From Marsupella aquatica (taxonomy: Eukaryota; Plantae; Marchantiophyta): 64,000 bases of DNA. The stretch lies in assembly GCA_973895155.1 (NCBI GenBank), contig OZ316892.1, forward strand, positions 6,865,251 through 6,929,250, read 5' to 3'. The notes under the pieces are model-generated. The model searched no databases. It saw nothing but the letters and a program-made list of their open reading frames with translations, and was not told the origin of the DNA. Below, one piece after another: positions 40,470 to 51,579 of this stretch (position 1 is the stretch's first letter; each line of letters starts with the position of its first letter). The position numbers and the translations under genes are program-made.

Positions 40470-41194
40470 AAGAACATGATAGAGTTTCATTTACCAAATC
40501 AATCCCCTGATACCCTAGTGGGTAATTAAGATTGCATCTAACGCAAATTGGTGATGTTTCAAAAAATGGTGGCCTGGATAGATATGTGGGCAGGTCCTTC
40601 ATGGCACTCTAGCACAAAGAGAACTTAATTTGTATGAGAGGTCACTTCTGGATCTCCCCCAGGGATTTTGCTTTTTCTCCATTTTTGTAGAGTGGAGGGC
40701 TTTTACCTCCGTGTAACTTGCAAAAGTCACAGGAAGCTTTTGGGTCAAAAGGGCAGAAACTCAAAGCATTCCTGAGTCCATGAGGTGATACAAGGGAGAT
40801 AACACAAGCTTTGCATCGCTCAATGTATCGTGTACAGAAAACCTTGATGTGACATTCCCATGGCCTCGTTTTGTTTGCAGAAGTAAGATAAGAAAGCTAC
40901 TGTTTGACGGGCTGTTTGCATTGGGTGGTCTCAACCTCCGTCTTGTCTAGTCCAATAGTTTTAAAAGTTTCAACTGCCACTAGCCATACAAAAGGGGGAA
41001 GTGTCCAAGACTCCTCCCTTTTTCACTTTCCTCTCATTCTTCTCCTCCGCCATTCCATATTGCTCCAATTTGAGGAAATGATACATAGTTCTTATGCAGT
41101 ACAATCATGTATACATTAGAGAATATCATAATTTTTAGATTTTTCAATATCAATGTCATCACATTATTTCACCACAAGGGCAATCTATGGCTCA

Positions 41195-41580
41195 AAATGT
41201 GGCTCATTAGGGGCACGGCCACTTGAATAGTGGCGGCTATGGTTGAACACTCCTCCACTCGACAAAAGAAGAGTCTTGTTATATTCATATCGTTGTGAAT
41301 AACGTGCCCACAAAACCCAAAACATTCCAAGAAAACCTGCATCTAGAAACAGTTAATGTATTTTGAAGGAAGTCACCAAAAACGTTTGAAAGGTATGAGG
41401 GTCCTATGATGGGAAGTGATAGGTCTAGTGTTCACCTAGGCTTGGCAAATGAAGAGTGGCTCATTAGGGGCACGGCCACCTGAATAGAGGCACCTGTGGT
41501 TTAACACTCCTACCCTAGACGAAAGAAGTGTCATGGTATTTTCATTACGTAGTGAATAACGTGCCTACAAAGCAAACCAG
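41195..41580. repeat. Local duplication plus a dispersed repeat shared with ~5720-5845
   Basis: GTGGCTCATTAGGGGCACGGCCAC...GTGAATAACGTGCC occurs twice. CTATGATGGGAAGTGA...GTCTAGT.TTCACCTAGGC is also at ~5731-5786. Confidence 0.7.
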
Positions 41581-41876
41581 ACCCCAAGATATCGTCATGG
41601 TGACAAAGGATATCATTAGAGACATGGACGTGTCCCAACTCTACAGCATATTAAAGCAACACAGAAGTTACTTGGGCCCATGCCAATTGACATTTAAATA
41701 ATTAAATGCTCCTTTTAGGTGAGAACACCAACTGCTTCCGTACTTTCTTTGTATATTCTATGCATCCGGATCTTCAATAATCACTGGATAAAAATAATAA
41801 ATTTCACTGTTACTAGATGGCGACGTATGGCATTGTTTAGATTAATTACTACATGTCATTTTTGTGTGTCATGAGT

Positions 41877-42088
41877 AGTCACTTAACCCTGGTTAGCCAC
41901 AAGAGATGTCCTGCCATGAGATTGTGACATAGACCTATTCACCCCACCCATATTTCCAGAGGGCCCTCATCCATCCTCATAGTAGGTCCCCCAGCACCCT
42001 GCTCCAGGTGTGATGGGATCCGTCAGATTCTCCAATGTGGTGATCTCGGGGCCTTAGGATCTTCTGTGGTTAGCCAGGTTTAGTGACT
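41877..42088. mobile_element. MITE-like element with ~30-bp imperfect TIRs
   Basis: AGTCACTTAACCCTGGTTAGCCACA versus the reverse complement of TGTGGTTAGCCAGGTTTAGTGACT. Confidence 0.6.
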
Positions 42089-42403
42089 CAAGCCTTTACA
42101 AAAAAAAGTGGCTTTGTGAGGATTCATCTAAAAATATGGAAAATTGTGATATTTGACAAGGAAGGTAGCTGTAAACCCAAAACTGATATACTCTATATTT
42201 AACCGCTAGTTCTCCATGATGGAGGACTCCTGGGCTTGTTTGGCATTTGGGTCAGATTGCTCCCTTGTTTTCAACCCTTTATTGGGTCTGGTACCTTTGC
42301 GGTTTTCTCAAGTCTCGGTTGTGAACTTTCAAGTTTTGAGCATGAAAACTTTTAAATAACACTTTCGTGGGTGAGATCTTATGGGGGAACCCAGGTTCTT
42401 ACT

Positions 42404-42754
42404 AAACAACTTTTTACTAACTTGTCCCCTAAACTACCCAACATTATTAACTTGTCCCCCAAACAAAGTTAATTATCAACTTGTCCCCCATTTTGTATTT
42501 GGGTTAATATTAACTCGTATATGGGTTTGTGTAACCAAGTGAGGTTGACAAAGGGGGGCCAAGGGATGCTGTGGTGGGGTCAGGCTATCCAGTAGCAACT
42601 TGCCACATGGTAATGGGAACCCGTATACATGTTAATATTAATACAAATACGAAATGGGGGACATGTTGATAATTAATTATGTCTTGAGGGCACCTCAGCG
42701 GGCACCTTAGCAATATTGGGTAATTTGGGGGACAGGTTAGTGAAAAGGTGTCTT
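42404..42754. mobile_element. Foldback MITE with long (~130+ bp) imperfect inverted arms
   Basis: AATTATCAACTTGTCCCCCATTTTGTATTTG..TTAATATTAAC matches the reverse complement of ~42620-42675. The outer arms also pair. Internal AACTTGTCCCC repeats; TAA/TTA-like flanks. Confidence 0.8.
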
Positions 42755-45450
42755 ACTTAAATAGGTCATATGGGACTTGAGGGGTGAAAATCCTCCCTTT
42801 GTATTGAACTATAGAACGAAAAACCAACATTTGTCCAGCAGTGTTTCCATTTTACTGATTAGCAAAGAGTGTGCTCAAGCAAAAAATTCTCTCTTCGAAT
42901 TCTCTTGGTACTTCTCATGGGGAGATCCTCTATCTTTCCTCCTGTGACCAAGTACATTCCCCTGCTCTGTTTCTTTAAATGGTCCATAGGTGTTTGGGCT
43001 ATTTGCCTCCTAATTCATTTGGTTTGTATACCCAGCCTTCCTTCAGACAATAAGCATTTGGGGAAAGAGAATAGGTTGCCAAATCAACCAAATGGTAGGC
43101 TTAGCTCCCTATCACAAATGATGATGAAATGTACCGTTCAAGCATCCTGAGGCAGTGCTAGTTCCATAGGATTGACAAATTGTAGGGGCCTTTTGATCAT
43201 TTGGTTTATGGTGGGCACCCATATATATCACACTCCACAACTTGACTAGGAAAGAGCTAAACACCAAACCATGTTTGCCCTCTTTGGAGCTTTTTTGTTT
43301 CTCACCATTGTACTTTGTTTGGGCCCATTTTTTATGAATTGGCCCATTTACAAGAAATATTGAAAGCAGATTGTGAATGGCATCTTGTTTGCCCCAAACC
43401 TTGGAGATATGGAGTAGCTCTACGAAGGGGAATGTGGAGCGAATCAATCAGGGAGATTATGCAGTTCATTTGTCGGTTTAGTGTCCGATAGCTCAACATC
43501 TTTCCAAACGCATTTAGTCACGAATAGACCCCTAGCAAAGATGCATTGTTGATTTCCTATTTCACACTCTACCTTCAACTTTTTTATGTATGGCCTACCA
43601 AAAGTAATGACTATGTATATCATACGGTAGGTCTTGTGATTCACAATTAGAGCTGGAGACCACTCCTGGACACCAACTGTGATCTCACATTTGACTCTCT
43701 ATAGTTAGGCATAATTACCATTTCAAATACAAGCTTCTTATGGCTGGACAAAAGGAGGTTACTTTTCCTTCTAGAACTGCATTGTCTCTTTTTCTGCCAT
43801 TAAAAATGGACTAAGGTTAGGGCATTAAAATTTGAAATTAATGTTACTAATGAAATGAGGAGAACAGGGATTTACTACACTAATTCGTCCACACTACGGC
43901 CAAGGATTTTCATGTGGAACCCAGATTCTTTCTGTTGGGAAAAAATAATTATCTAGAATCGGGTTTAGAGTGCATCAATTATTTTCCCATAAGAACACTA
44001 ATTCATGAGTATAGCCCAAACATTGCTTCACCAAATTTAGTGTGAGTAATACTAAAACGTTGTAGACGCATGGTAGAATGGAGGACCCAGAACAGAAGTT
44101 GTGCCGGGGATCTTGACCTGCTTGTGTGGGCTAGTCGTAGACTCTCCCATACTATGATTATAGCACAATGAACATAAAGGAGGTCTCTCAAACTGATAGG
44201 CTCCGCCATGCAAGGAGCGTAAGACAGACGATAAAGGCACATGGACGTCTCACAATCCCCAATGGAAACCATTCATGAGACCCTAGAGGTACTACTTCTA
44301 CATCCCCTCTCCCCCCTCCCTTTTCCTGATTCGTTTGCTTCCATTCTTTTGTATGGGACCCATAGTTGCTGTATGATCTCGTAGGCAAAACACCTGAAAG
44401 TTCCTTACGGCAAATTTCTCCTACTAACCCATTTTCAAGGGTTGGGAGTATATTGGTCCCTACCATTGTTATGGGTCTGGGTAAACGCACTTTGTGACAT
44501 GTGCTGGTGTGCAAATGAGCCAATGATATGTGAAGAGGGGCTAGGCTAGTGATGCCTAGTAGAAGCGATATGTTTCTCATAGAGGCCCATTTAGGGGAAG
44601 TTTGTTTGACCGTCGCACCAAAAGGAGATCACCACCAAAAAGTGGGAACGTAGGTCAACAAAATCTCAAGCTACATCCTCCCATTGTTTTCTTGGTGTCC
44701 ATTCTTTAATTGTTTTTTGTGTAAGGTGAAATCTTGAGAGCAATGCATTCTCCCAAAGAAATCACATGGGAGATTGTTTCAATGTTTTTATTAAATAAAA
44801 TTAAGGGGTAGTCTGTGAAACCCCACATAAACGGAACAGAGCATAACATTTGAACTCTAGATCTATGAGTCTAAACTCAAGTGAGCTAATGCCACTCTGG
44901 GCTCAAGGAAATTGTTAACCCCACCAAGTATCAGTTACACATTCAATGAAGCTTAGAGGCCCCTTCAAACTCAAACATTGGTTTGGCTATAGGCTTTCCA
45001 CTGGACACCCTCACTGAGTTGAAAATTTCCACTCGGCTAACCTCATTGCATCACTTTTTCACTTGACAGCCTTGCAGAATGAAAATTTACAGGTACTGGG
45101 AAGAGGTCAAAAGAAAATAGCCCAAGGCCCACACACAGGGATGATGTCTTTATTTCTATAGCAAACGTGGACATTCTCTTCCTTTGAGTATATTCTCTAT
45201 TCCACCATCTGACTACTCTTAATATCCAGTTTTCTTATGATACAAGTCTTCGTTGGAGATTAGATTCTCACCACATACCCTGCCTCTCTAGTCTCCATGT
45301 CACCATTACATGCTTATGTGGAAACTTTGCCCATTGTGAGGGTAACTTTCCCTTGCACAAATCAAGGTTAACAATTCCAAGTCGAACCCTAATCTCGACC
45401 CAAACCCTTTGATAAAGTATTGCCAGTTCTAATATTATTTGAGTGCATGA

Positions 45451-45925
45451 TGTTGAGCATAGACGACGATCGCAACGGCAAGCCCATGAACCATCCAACG
45501 CACAATAGTCGACACAAGAGATACGTGGTTCACCTCCTTGAGGCTACGTCCACGGGAACACACAAGAGAGCTTTACTGAACTCTAAGCCCGTCGGCTATA
45601 CCGAGTCTCCACAGTGTAAGCTCTCCCTATCTCTCAAGTGGCTCCATAACAATGAGCCTTGGTTCTACCTCTCCAAGCACACATGCCTCTTATGATATAG
45701 TGTGCAACTTAGTTGTACCTAACCACATAGTTGTACCTAACCACATAGTTGTACCTAATCACGTAGTTGTACCTAACCACATAGTTGTACCTAATCACGT
45801 AGTTGTACCTAACCACATAGTTGTACCTAATCACATAGTTGTACCTAACCACGTAGTTGTACCAACCCACGTTGTTGTACCAACCACGTCATACCTAACC
45901 TAGACGTAAGAGTAAATACCCAACA
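45451..45925 (-). repeat. 3' LTR of the copia element
   Basis: TGTTG...CAACA; preceded on the minus strand by PPT AAGGGGAAGAT (45926-45936). Confidence 0.97.
45710..45889. repeat. 18-bp x10 tandem array in LTR U3 (second copy at 51839-52018)
   Basis: Unit TAGTTGTACCTAA(C/T)CAC(A/G). It lies just upstream of a TATA-like CTATATCATAAG on the element's sense strand. Confidence 0.95.
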
Positions 45926-46116
45926 ATCTTCCCCTTGACTCTGGTCTAGGGGAGAGTAATACTGCCAATGTATATGATCCCTCAGCGGGAAGTTCTGGAC
46001 AGAAACCAAACCGGTTTCCCTCTCTAACTAGAGCAAACCAGAACTAAGCCGTAGCCTAATACATAGGAATGAGGAAGAGCATATATCAGTAATTACAATG
46101 AATGTTTAAGAAAACT

Positions 46117-49100
46117 CTACTTGTGATGCAATTGCAAAACCTGCAATACGTCACGGTGTCTAGAGAAACTCTCCAAAGGAATCACTTTGGTAAATGCGTC
46201 AGCCGGGTTGAGTTTACCATCAATCTTGACTAGCTCAAACAAATTATCAGACACAGCCTGCCTGATAAAATGGTACCTGACGTCAATGTGCTTCACTCTA
46301 CTGTCCATCACCTGGTTCACAGCAAGGTGGAGCGCACTTTGACTATCACAATGGAGCTTCACATTCCCCTGTGGCAATCCCATTTCAGTGATAAGTCTAT
46401 CCAACCAAATCGCTTCCTTTGCTGCTTCCGCAGCTGCAACATACTCCGCTTCTGTAGTAGACTGAGCAATACACTTCTGCAAAGTAGACCTCCAACTTAT
46501 GCATCCACCGCCAAGTGTGAACACGTATCCTGTTGTTGATCTCCTTCGGTCCAAATCTTGTCCATAGTCAGAATCTACATAGCCAATCAATGATCTAGCA
46601 TTCTTTGCATTCGCATCAAATAAAAGACCATGATCCACGGTACCCTTCAAGTACCTGATAATCCACTTCACTGCTTTCCAGTGTACCTTCCCTGGATTCG
46701 ACATGTACCTGCTCACCTTGCCCATAGCCATGGCAAGATCAGGTCTAGTGCAAGTCATCAAATACATGAGACTCCCCACTGCCTTGTCATATGGAACCTT
46801 TGACATCAACCCCTTCTCTATGTCATCCGTAGGACAGAACGCTGATGATAACTTGAAGTGTGGAGCCAACGGGGTACTTACTGGCTTGCTATTCTCCATG
46901 TTGAACCTTGCAATTACCTTCCTCGCATAACTGCTCTGCGTCAACCATAGCTTGCCAGCCTCCAAGTCCCTAGTGATCTCCATACCCAAAATCCTCTTAG
47001 CTGGCCCTAAGTCCTTCATCTTAAACTCTGCACTAAGCAGTGCCTTGAGCTTAACAATCTCAGACCTATCCTTGGCTGCAATTAGCATGTCATCCACATA
47101 AAGTACTAAAACAATGAACCCAAAGACAACATTCTTCACCGGTTTCAAATACACACAAGGGTCAAATACACTTCTGTGAAAACCTTGTGACCGAATCCAA
47201 TCGTCAAACCGCTTGTTCCACTGTCTTGGTGACTGCTTCAACCCATACAAGGATTTCAGCAATCTGCAAACCAATTCCTCCTGTCCTCTCTTCACAAAAC
47301 CTAGCGGTTGTCTCATGAAGATCACCTCTTCCAATGTGCCATAGAGGAAAGCTGTGACAACATCCATCTGATCTAGGAGCAGACCAAACATTACAACAAG
47401 TACACACAATAGTCGTATTGTAGAGTACTTAGCAACTGGTGAGAAGACCTCATTGTAATCCACACCTTTCTCTTGTGTGAATCCCTTTGCTACCAATCTA
47501 GCCTTGTAGACCTTCGATCCACCTCCTATGGAATTATCCTTCAGCTTGTAAATCCACTTGCTGTCCACCACTTGCTGACCCTTAGGCAGCTTAACAAGCT
47601 CCCAAGTTTTGTTGTCCTTTAGTGACTGCATCTCTGTTTGCATTGCTGCAGTCCACTTTTGCTTCTCCTTTGAAGCACTTGCCTCATGAAATGAAGAAGG
47701 TTCTCCTTCTTCCAAAATTAACGCATCACCCTCATCATCAGCTGTAAAATCATCCTCTTGCAGTTGAGATGAATCAACCCACTGTCCATACCTTGATGGA
47801 GCGCGTACAGTGCGACCAGATGTTCTTCTAGCCGATGACTCCGGTTGATCTGCGTGTGCTGGTACAATTTGAAGCTCAACAGCATCCACTTGCTGCTCAC
47901 CAGCATCAACAAACTCCTCTGGTTCCTCTGGCACAGGAACCAGCTCCATAATTGGAGCAACTCCTTCTCTCCGGTCATGCACCTCATAACCAATCTCCCC
48001 CTCAACGAGATCCGGGATAGGAGATTTTCTTTTGTCAGTACGGGAGACCTGAGTATTCTCCCCCTCCTTCAATAATCTGGATTCATTGAAGGAAACATCC
48101 CTACTGACAACGAGCTTACAGGCAATAGGATCCCATAGCCTATAGGCTTTCACACCACTCTGGTACCCAAGAAAAACACATTTCCTGGAGGTAGGATCCA
48201 ACTTGGTCCTATTCTGCTTTGGTGTGAGAGCATATGCATCACTTCCAAAAATTACCAAGCCATGATAGTCTGCTTGCCGCTTATAGCGCATCTCAAACGG
48301 CGTTTTGAAATTGATAGCACTAGAAGGAGAAAGATTTACCAAATAAGCTGCGGTATTGACAGCTTCTGCCCAAAATTCTTGTGGTAAACCTGATTGGCTC
48401 AACATACTCCGTGACCGCTCCAACAGTGTCCGATTGAGCCTCTCAGCGACACCATTCTGCTGCGGAGTATAAACTGTGGTGAGATGGCGAGTTATCCCCT
48501 GTTCTGAACAGTACTCTTCAAATTCCATTGAAGTGTACTCCCCGCCGTTGTCTGACCTCAGACTCTTCACCCTTGTATCCAAACACTTGATCGTGTTTCC
48601 AGTCTGATTCTCCACCTGGGCCTTCCACTTCTTAAAAATGGACAAGACATCAGACTTATGCGTCATGAAATAAATCCACACAAATCTTGAGTAATCATCA
48701 ATAAATGATACATAGTACAACTTTCCAGAGTGTGAGGGAGTCGGGGATGGACCCCACACGTCACTATGTATGTACTCAAGAACCGCTTTGGAACGATGAG
48801 TTCCAACACCAAAAGCACGACGATGCTGCTTTCCAAGAATGCAATGCTCACAAAACTCTAATTTACAAGATTGCAAATCAGAAATGAGTCCATTCTTCCG
48901 TAAGATAGCCAAACCCTTCTCACTCATGTGGCCTAGCCGTGAATGCCACAGTTGAGTCATCTCTTCGTGAGACTTGGTTACATTGGCCTCTCCACATACA
49001 GTATTGCCCTGTAACACATACAAATTCTTTTGTCTACTCCCCTTCAAAATCACTGTCTCTCCCGACCTGACTTGAAGTTCACCATCAATAACGCTCCATT

Positions 49101-49389
49101 GATGACCATTTGAATCCAACACACCGAGTGAAATCAGATTCTTACGCATGCCAGGTACATACCTGACTCCGGACACTATGCGCACAGCGCCATCAAACAT
49201 TTGAATCTTCACAGACCCAATTCCCTCAATTTGACAGGAGTGATCATTTCCCATCAGAACTGAACCGTTTGAAACAGAGTAAGAACTGAAAAACTCACGA
49301 ATGTAACAAATATGAAAAGAGCAAGCACAATCAAGAATCCACACATCATCTGCTCTCCTAGATGACGTGCACAGGGCATACCCCCGGCT
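46117..49389 (-). CDS. Copia Pol (protease, GAG-pre-integrase, integrase, RT, RNase H); open from the codon after the gag stop
   Basis: WILDCACSFH (PR). WHSRLGH..CEHC, HSDVWGP, RSDNGGEY, PQQNGVAER (INT). YKARLVAKGF, QMDVVTAFL, LYVDDML (RT). DSDY, STTEAEY, CDSQSA, KHIDVRYHF, NPAD (RH). No internal stops. Confidence 0.95.
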   Translation of the reverse strand, partial: SRGYALCTSSRRADDVWILDCACSFHICYIREFFSSYSVSNGSVLMGNDHSCQIEGIGSVKIQMFDGAVRIVSGVRYVPGMRKNLISLGVLDSNGHQWSVIDGELQVRSGETVILKGSRQKNLYVLQGNTVCGEANVTKSHEEMTQLWHSRLGHMSEKGLAILRKNGLISDLQSCKLEFCEHCILGKQHRRAFGVGTHRSKAVLEYIHSDVWGPSPTPSHSGKLYYVSFIDDYSRFVWIYFMTHKSDVLSIFKKWKAQVENQTGNTIKCLDTRVKSLRSDNGGEYTSMEFEEYCSEQGITRHLTTVYTPQQNGVAERLNRTLLERSRSMLSQSGLPQEFWAEAVNTAAYLVNLSPSSAINFKTPFEMRYKRQADYHGLVIFGSDAYALTPKQNRTKLDPTSRKCVFLGYQSGVKAYRLWDPIACKLVVSRDVSFNESRLLKEGENTQVSRTDKRKSPIPDLVEGEIGYEVHDRREGVAPIMELVPVPEEPEEFVDAGEQQVDAVELQIVPAHADQPESSARRTSGRTVRAPSRYGQWVDSSQLQEDDFTADDEGDALILEEGEPSSFHEASASKEKQKWTAAMQTEMQSLKDNKTWELVKLPKGQQVVDSKWIYKLKDNSIGGGSKVYKARLVAKGFTQEKGVDYNEVFSPVAKYSTIRLLCVLVVMFGLLLDQMDVVTAFLYGTLEEVIFMRQPLGFVKRGQEELVCRLLKSLYGLKQSPRQWNKRFDDWIRSQGFHRSVFDPCVYLKPVKNVVFGFIVLVLYVDDMLIAAKDRSEIVKLKALLSAEFKMKDLGPAKRILGMEITRDLEAGKLWLTQSSYARKVIARFNMENSKPVSTPLAPHFKLSSAFCPTDDIEKGLMSKVPYDKAVGSLMYLMTCTRPDLAMAMGKVSRYMSNPGKVHWKAVKWIIRYLKGTVDHGLLFDANAKNARSLIGYVDSDYGQDLDRRRSTTGYVFTLGGGCISWRSTLQKCIAQSTTEAEYVAAAEAAKEAIWLDRLITEMGLPQGNVKLHCDSQSALHLAVNQVMDSRVKHIDVRYHFIRQAVSDNLFELVKIDGKLNPADAFTKVIPLESFSRHRDVLQVLQLHHK

Positions 49390-50247
49390 TCATAAAACAT
49401 ACTCATCATTGAGTAAATCAGCTTCTCCATCAGCCCTAGCCACATTTGCCGATGAAGTTTCCGCTGCCTTTCCCTTACAGTCTCGCTTGAAGTGTCCAAC
49501 TTGGTTGCACTTCCAACATGTCACCTGCCTCCTCTGAGGGGATTTACCCTTGGACTTAGATCTGGATTTAGATCTAAACTGGGTTCTACGGTCCCCAGTT
49601 GGTCGCTGCATACTCCTCCCACGGTTAACATTGAGGGCAGCACCAGATGATGAAGGCTGTGACGTGATGTGCATCTTCTGCTGAAGATCATCACTAAGCA
49701 GAGAACTTACCACGTCATTGTATGAAATGGTATCCCTATCACGATGCAACAACACTCGTGATAGGGACTGGTAAGATGGAGGCAATGAACTAAGAAGCTG
49801 CAGAGCCTTCGTCTCATCATTCAAAGTCTCCCCAAGGTTTTCCAAGTCAACGACCATGTCGTTGAAAGCATCCACATGGTCTTGCAACTTCGTACCAGAT
49901 TCCTTCATCCTGAAACTCATCAGTTTGTAGGAAGTGTAGAGCCGGTTCGACAACTCCTTGCGGTGATACTTGCTCTGCAATTCCGCAAACAAGGACATGC
50001 AATCCTTATGTGCACCTAACTGCTTGATGATGGGAGGCATGAGATAGAGTGTAACACACCACACTCCCTGCTCCTGCATGCGGTCCCATTGTTTCTCATC
50101 AACATCGTCTTCACGAGGGCTCAGCAGTTGGCCCATCCCTGACGCATAAAGCACTCCCTTCACTTGCTTCTCCCATAGCAAGTAGTCAGAGCGCCCATCA
50201 TACTTTGTCACTTCATACTTGGGTCCCCCAAGCTTGAAAGTCCCCAT
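49390..50247 (-). CDS. Copia Gag (UBN2-type capsid plus CCHC knuckle), 285 aa from the first ATG; the frame is open upstream to 50421
   Basis: KYDGRSDYLLW, LLSSLPPSY and CWKCNQVGHFKRDC. Ends at TGA 49392-49390, in frame with pol. Confidence 0.92.
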   Translation of the reverse strand: MGTFKLGGPKYEVTKYDGRSDYLLWEKQVKGVLYASGMGQLLSPREDDVDEKQWDRMQEQGVWCVTLYLMPPIIKQLGAHKDCMSLFAELQSKYHRKELSNRLYTSYKLMSFRMKESGTKLQDHVDAFNDMVVDLENLGETLNDETKALQLLSSLPPSYQSLSRVLLHRDRDTISYNDVVSSLLSDDLQQKMHITSQPSSSGAALNVNRGRSMQRPTGDRRTQFRSKSRSKSKGKSPQRRQVTCWKCNQVGHFKRDCKGKAAETSSANVARADGEADLLNDEYVL

Positions 50248-51565
50248 CTTCTTCTTTACCGTGAGCTCCGGTAGTAGTACTGCTTCCTCCACCACACGCC
50301 GCACCGGTGATGGTATCGGTGTCACGTGCTCTTCCTCCTGCTCCTCTCTCTGCCCCTGAAACCTCCGCGGTGATCCTCGTGCTTCAAGTTCCACGTCTTC
50401 GAAAAAACTCCTCCGAATCACTCATATGAGAAAGTCACAAAAAATGTTGTTTTTCACAACTTCTCAAAAAACTCGAAACTCAACACCGCCGCGTAGCCCA
50501 CAAAGCTAGGAGTCCAATACTGAAAACCGAAATCAAAATCGAAATTTGACGGAAAAGTTATTCAAATTTCGGTCGAGGTGGGTAAAACCTTGGGAAACTC
50601 CCCCGTTTTGACCACCTCAGGGAATAACCGAAATACCAAGTACAACCCGTTGTCGGAATTGCGATGTGATTGGTGCGCTGCATTGCCAACTTCAATGGCT
50701 ACGACCTCGCCGAAAAATAACCAAAAAAGTTACCGTTCGGCGGATGAAATCTTTGTCGGACGGTCAAAAAATAGCTCTCTGGTTTTTTGGAATATTCTAT
50801 GACCCTTGTACAGGCCCTGTGGGAATTTTGGAAGAACAATCGAGGGGCTGACATGTGTCCTCGAACCCCCAAAACCCCCTACCACCCTTCGTCGTCGAAA
50901 TCTGGTCGCGCGCGCAGAAAATACACACGGCAGAATGTACCCCTCGACACCAAACGCAAGATATCTCACTCGGGTTTTGACTAAATCAAGATCCGATTTC
51001 AGATTTGGAAACTAGACTCCGAGGCGATGAAGATCGATATAAGAAGCACCCAAAACGAGGAAAGAACGAGGGAGAAAAAAATTGGTAAAGATGACAGATT
51101 TCTCTCAATTGCCATAGCCAATTTCGAATCAGTTTTTCAAAGAGAAAAAAATGGTACCTTGTCAACAACGAATGTTGATCAATTGCACTTGGTGTCGTCA
51201 CCAAGTCCAACAAGGTAATTGATTTTGCTTAGCCTTCCTCTTTGCATCAAAGAGCCAATCCCGGACTCAAAAACAATCGTCTTGCCTCAATCTCTCCGTT
51301 GAGTCAAAACACTTGACGCTTCTCCCTCCGAGTCGATTGCCAACTTTCTTCACAAAATCCAGAACGACGAAAACTTAGATCTCTCTGCACCACGAGCTCC
51401 GTTCAACGATTTCTTCACACCGTTAGAAAGCTCTTGCCCTGATCTATCCGTTGAGCCCATAAACTCCAAGTTCCATGCGATGGAACTCTGGAAAATCCAC
51501 CAACACTCAATGCTGGAAAAACCGTCATGAAATCCCGTCACGAACACACGTCACCTCCCAAGCAT

Positions 51566-51577
51566 GCTCTGATACCA
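51566..51577 (-). other. Primer-binding site complementary to tRNA-iMet
   Basis: TGGTATCAGAGC on the minus strand, 2 nt after the 5' LTR. Confidence 0.95.
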
Positions 51578-51579
51578 AT

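Noticed and set aside
45710-45889. CRISPR-like appearance of the short repeats (also at 14273-14825, 29652-30010 and 57040-57415)
   Set aside because: Head-to-tail tandem units without unique spacers, no cas genes, eukaryotic context.
45652-45903. ORF with (VVPNH) repeats, duplicated at 51781-52032
   Set aside because: Translation of the 18-bp LTR array, antisense to the element; no coding evidence.
49390-49392. UGA read as selenocysteine or fixed by U-to-C editing
   Set aside because: Land plants lack the Sec machinery, and U-to-C editing is organellar, whereas this is a nuclear retroelement.
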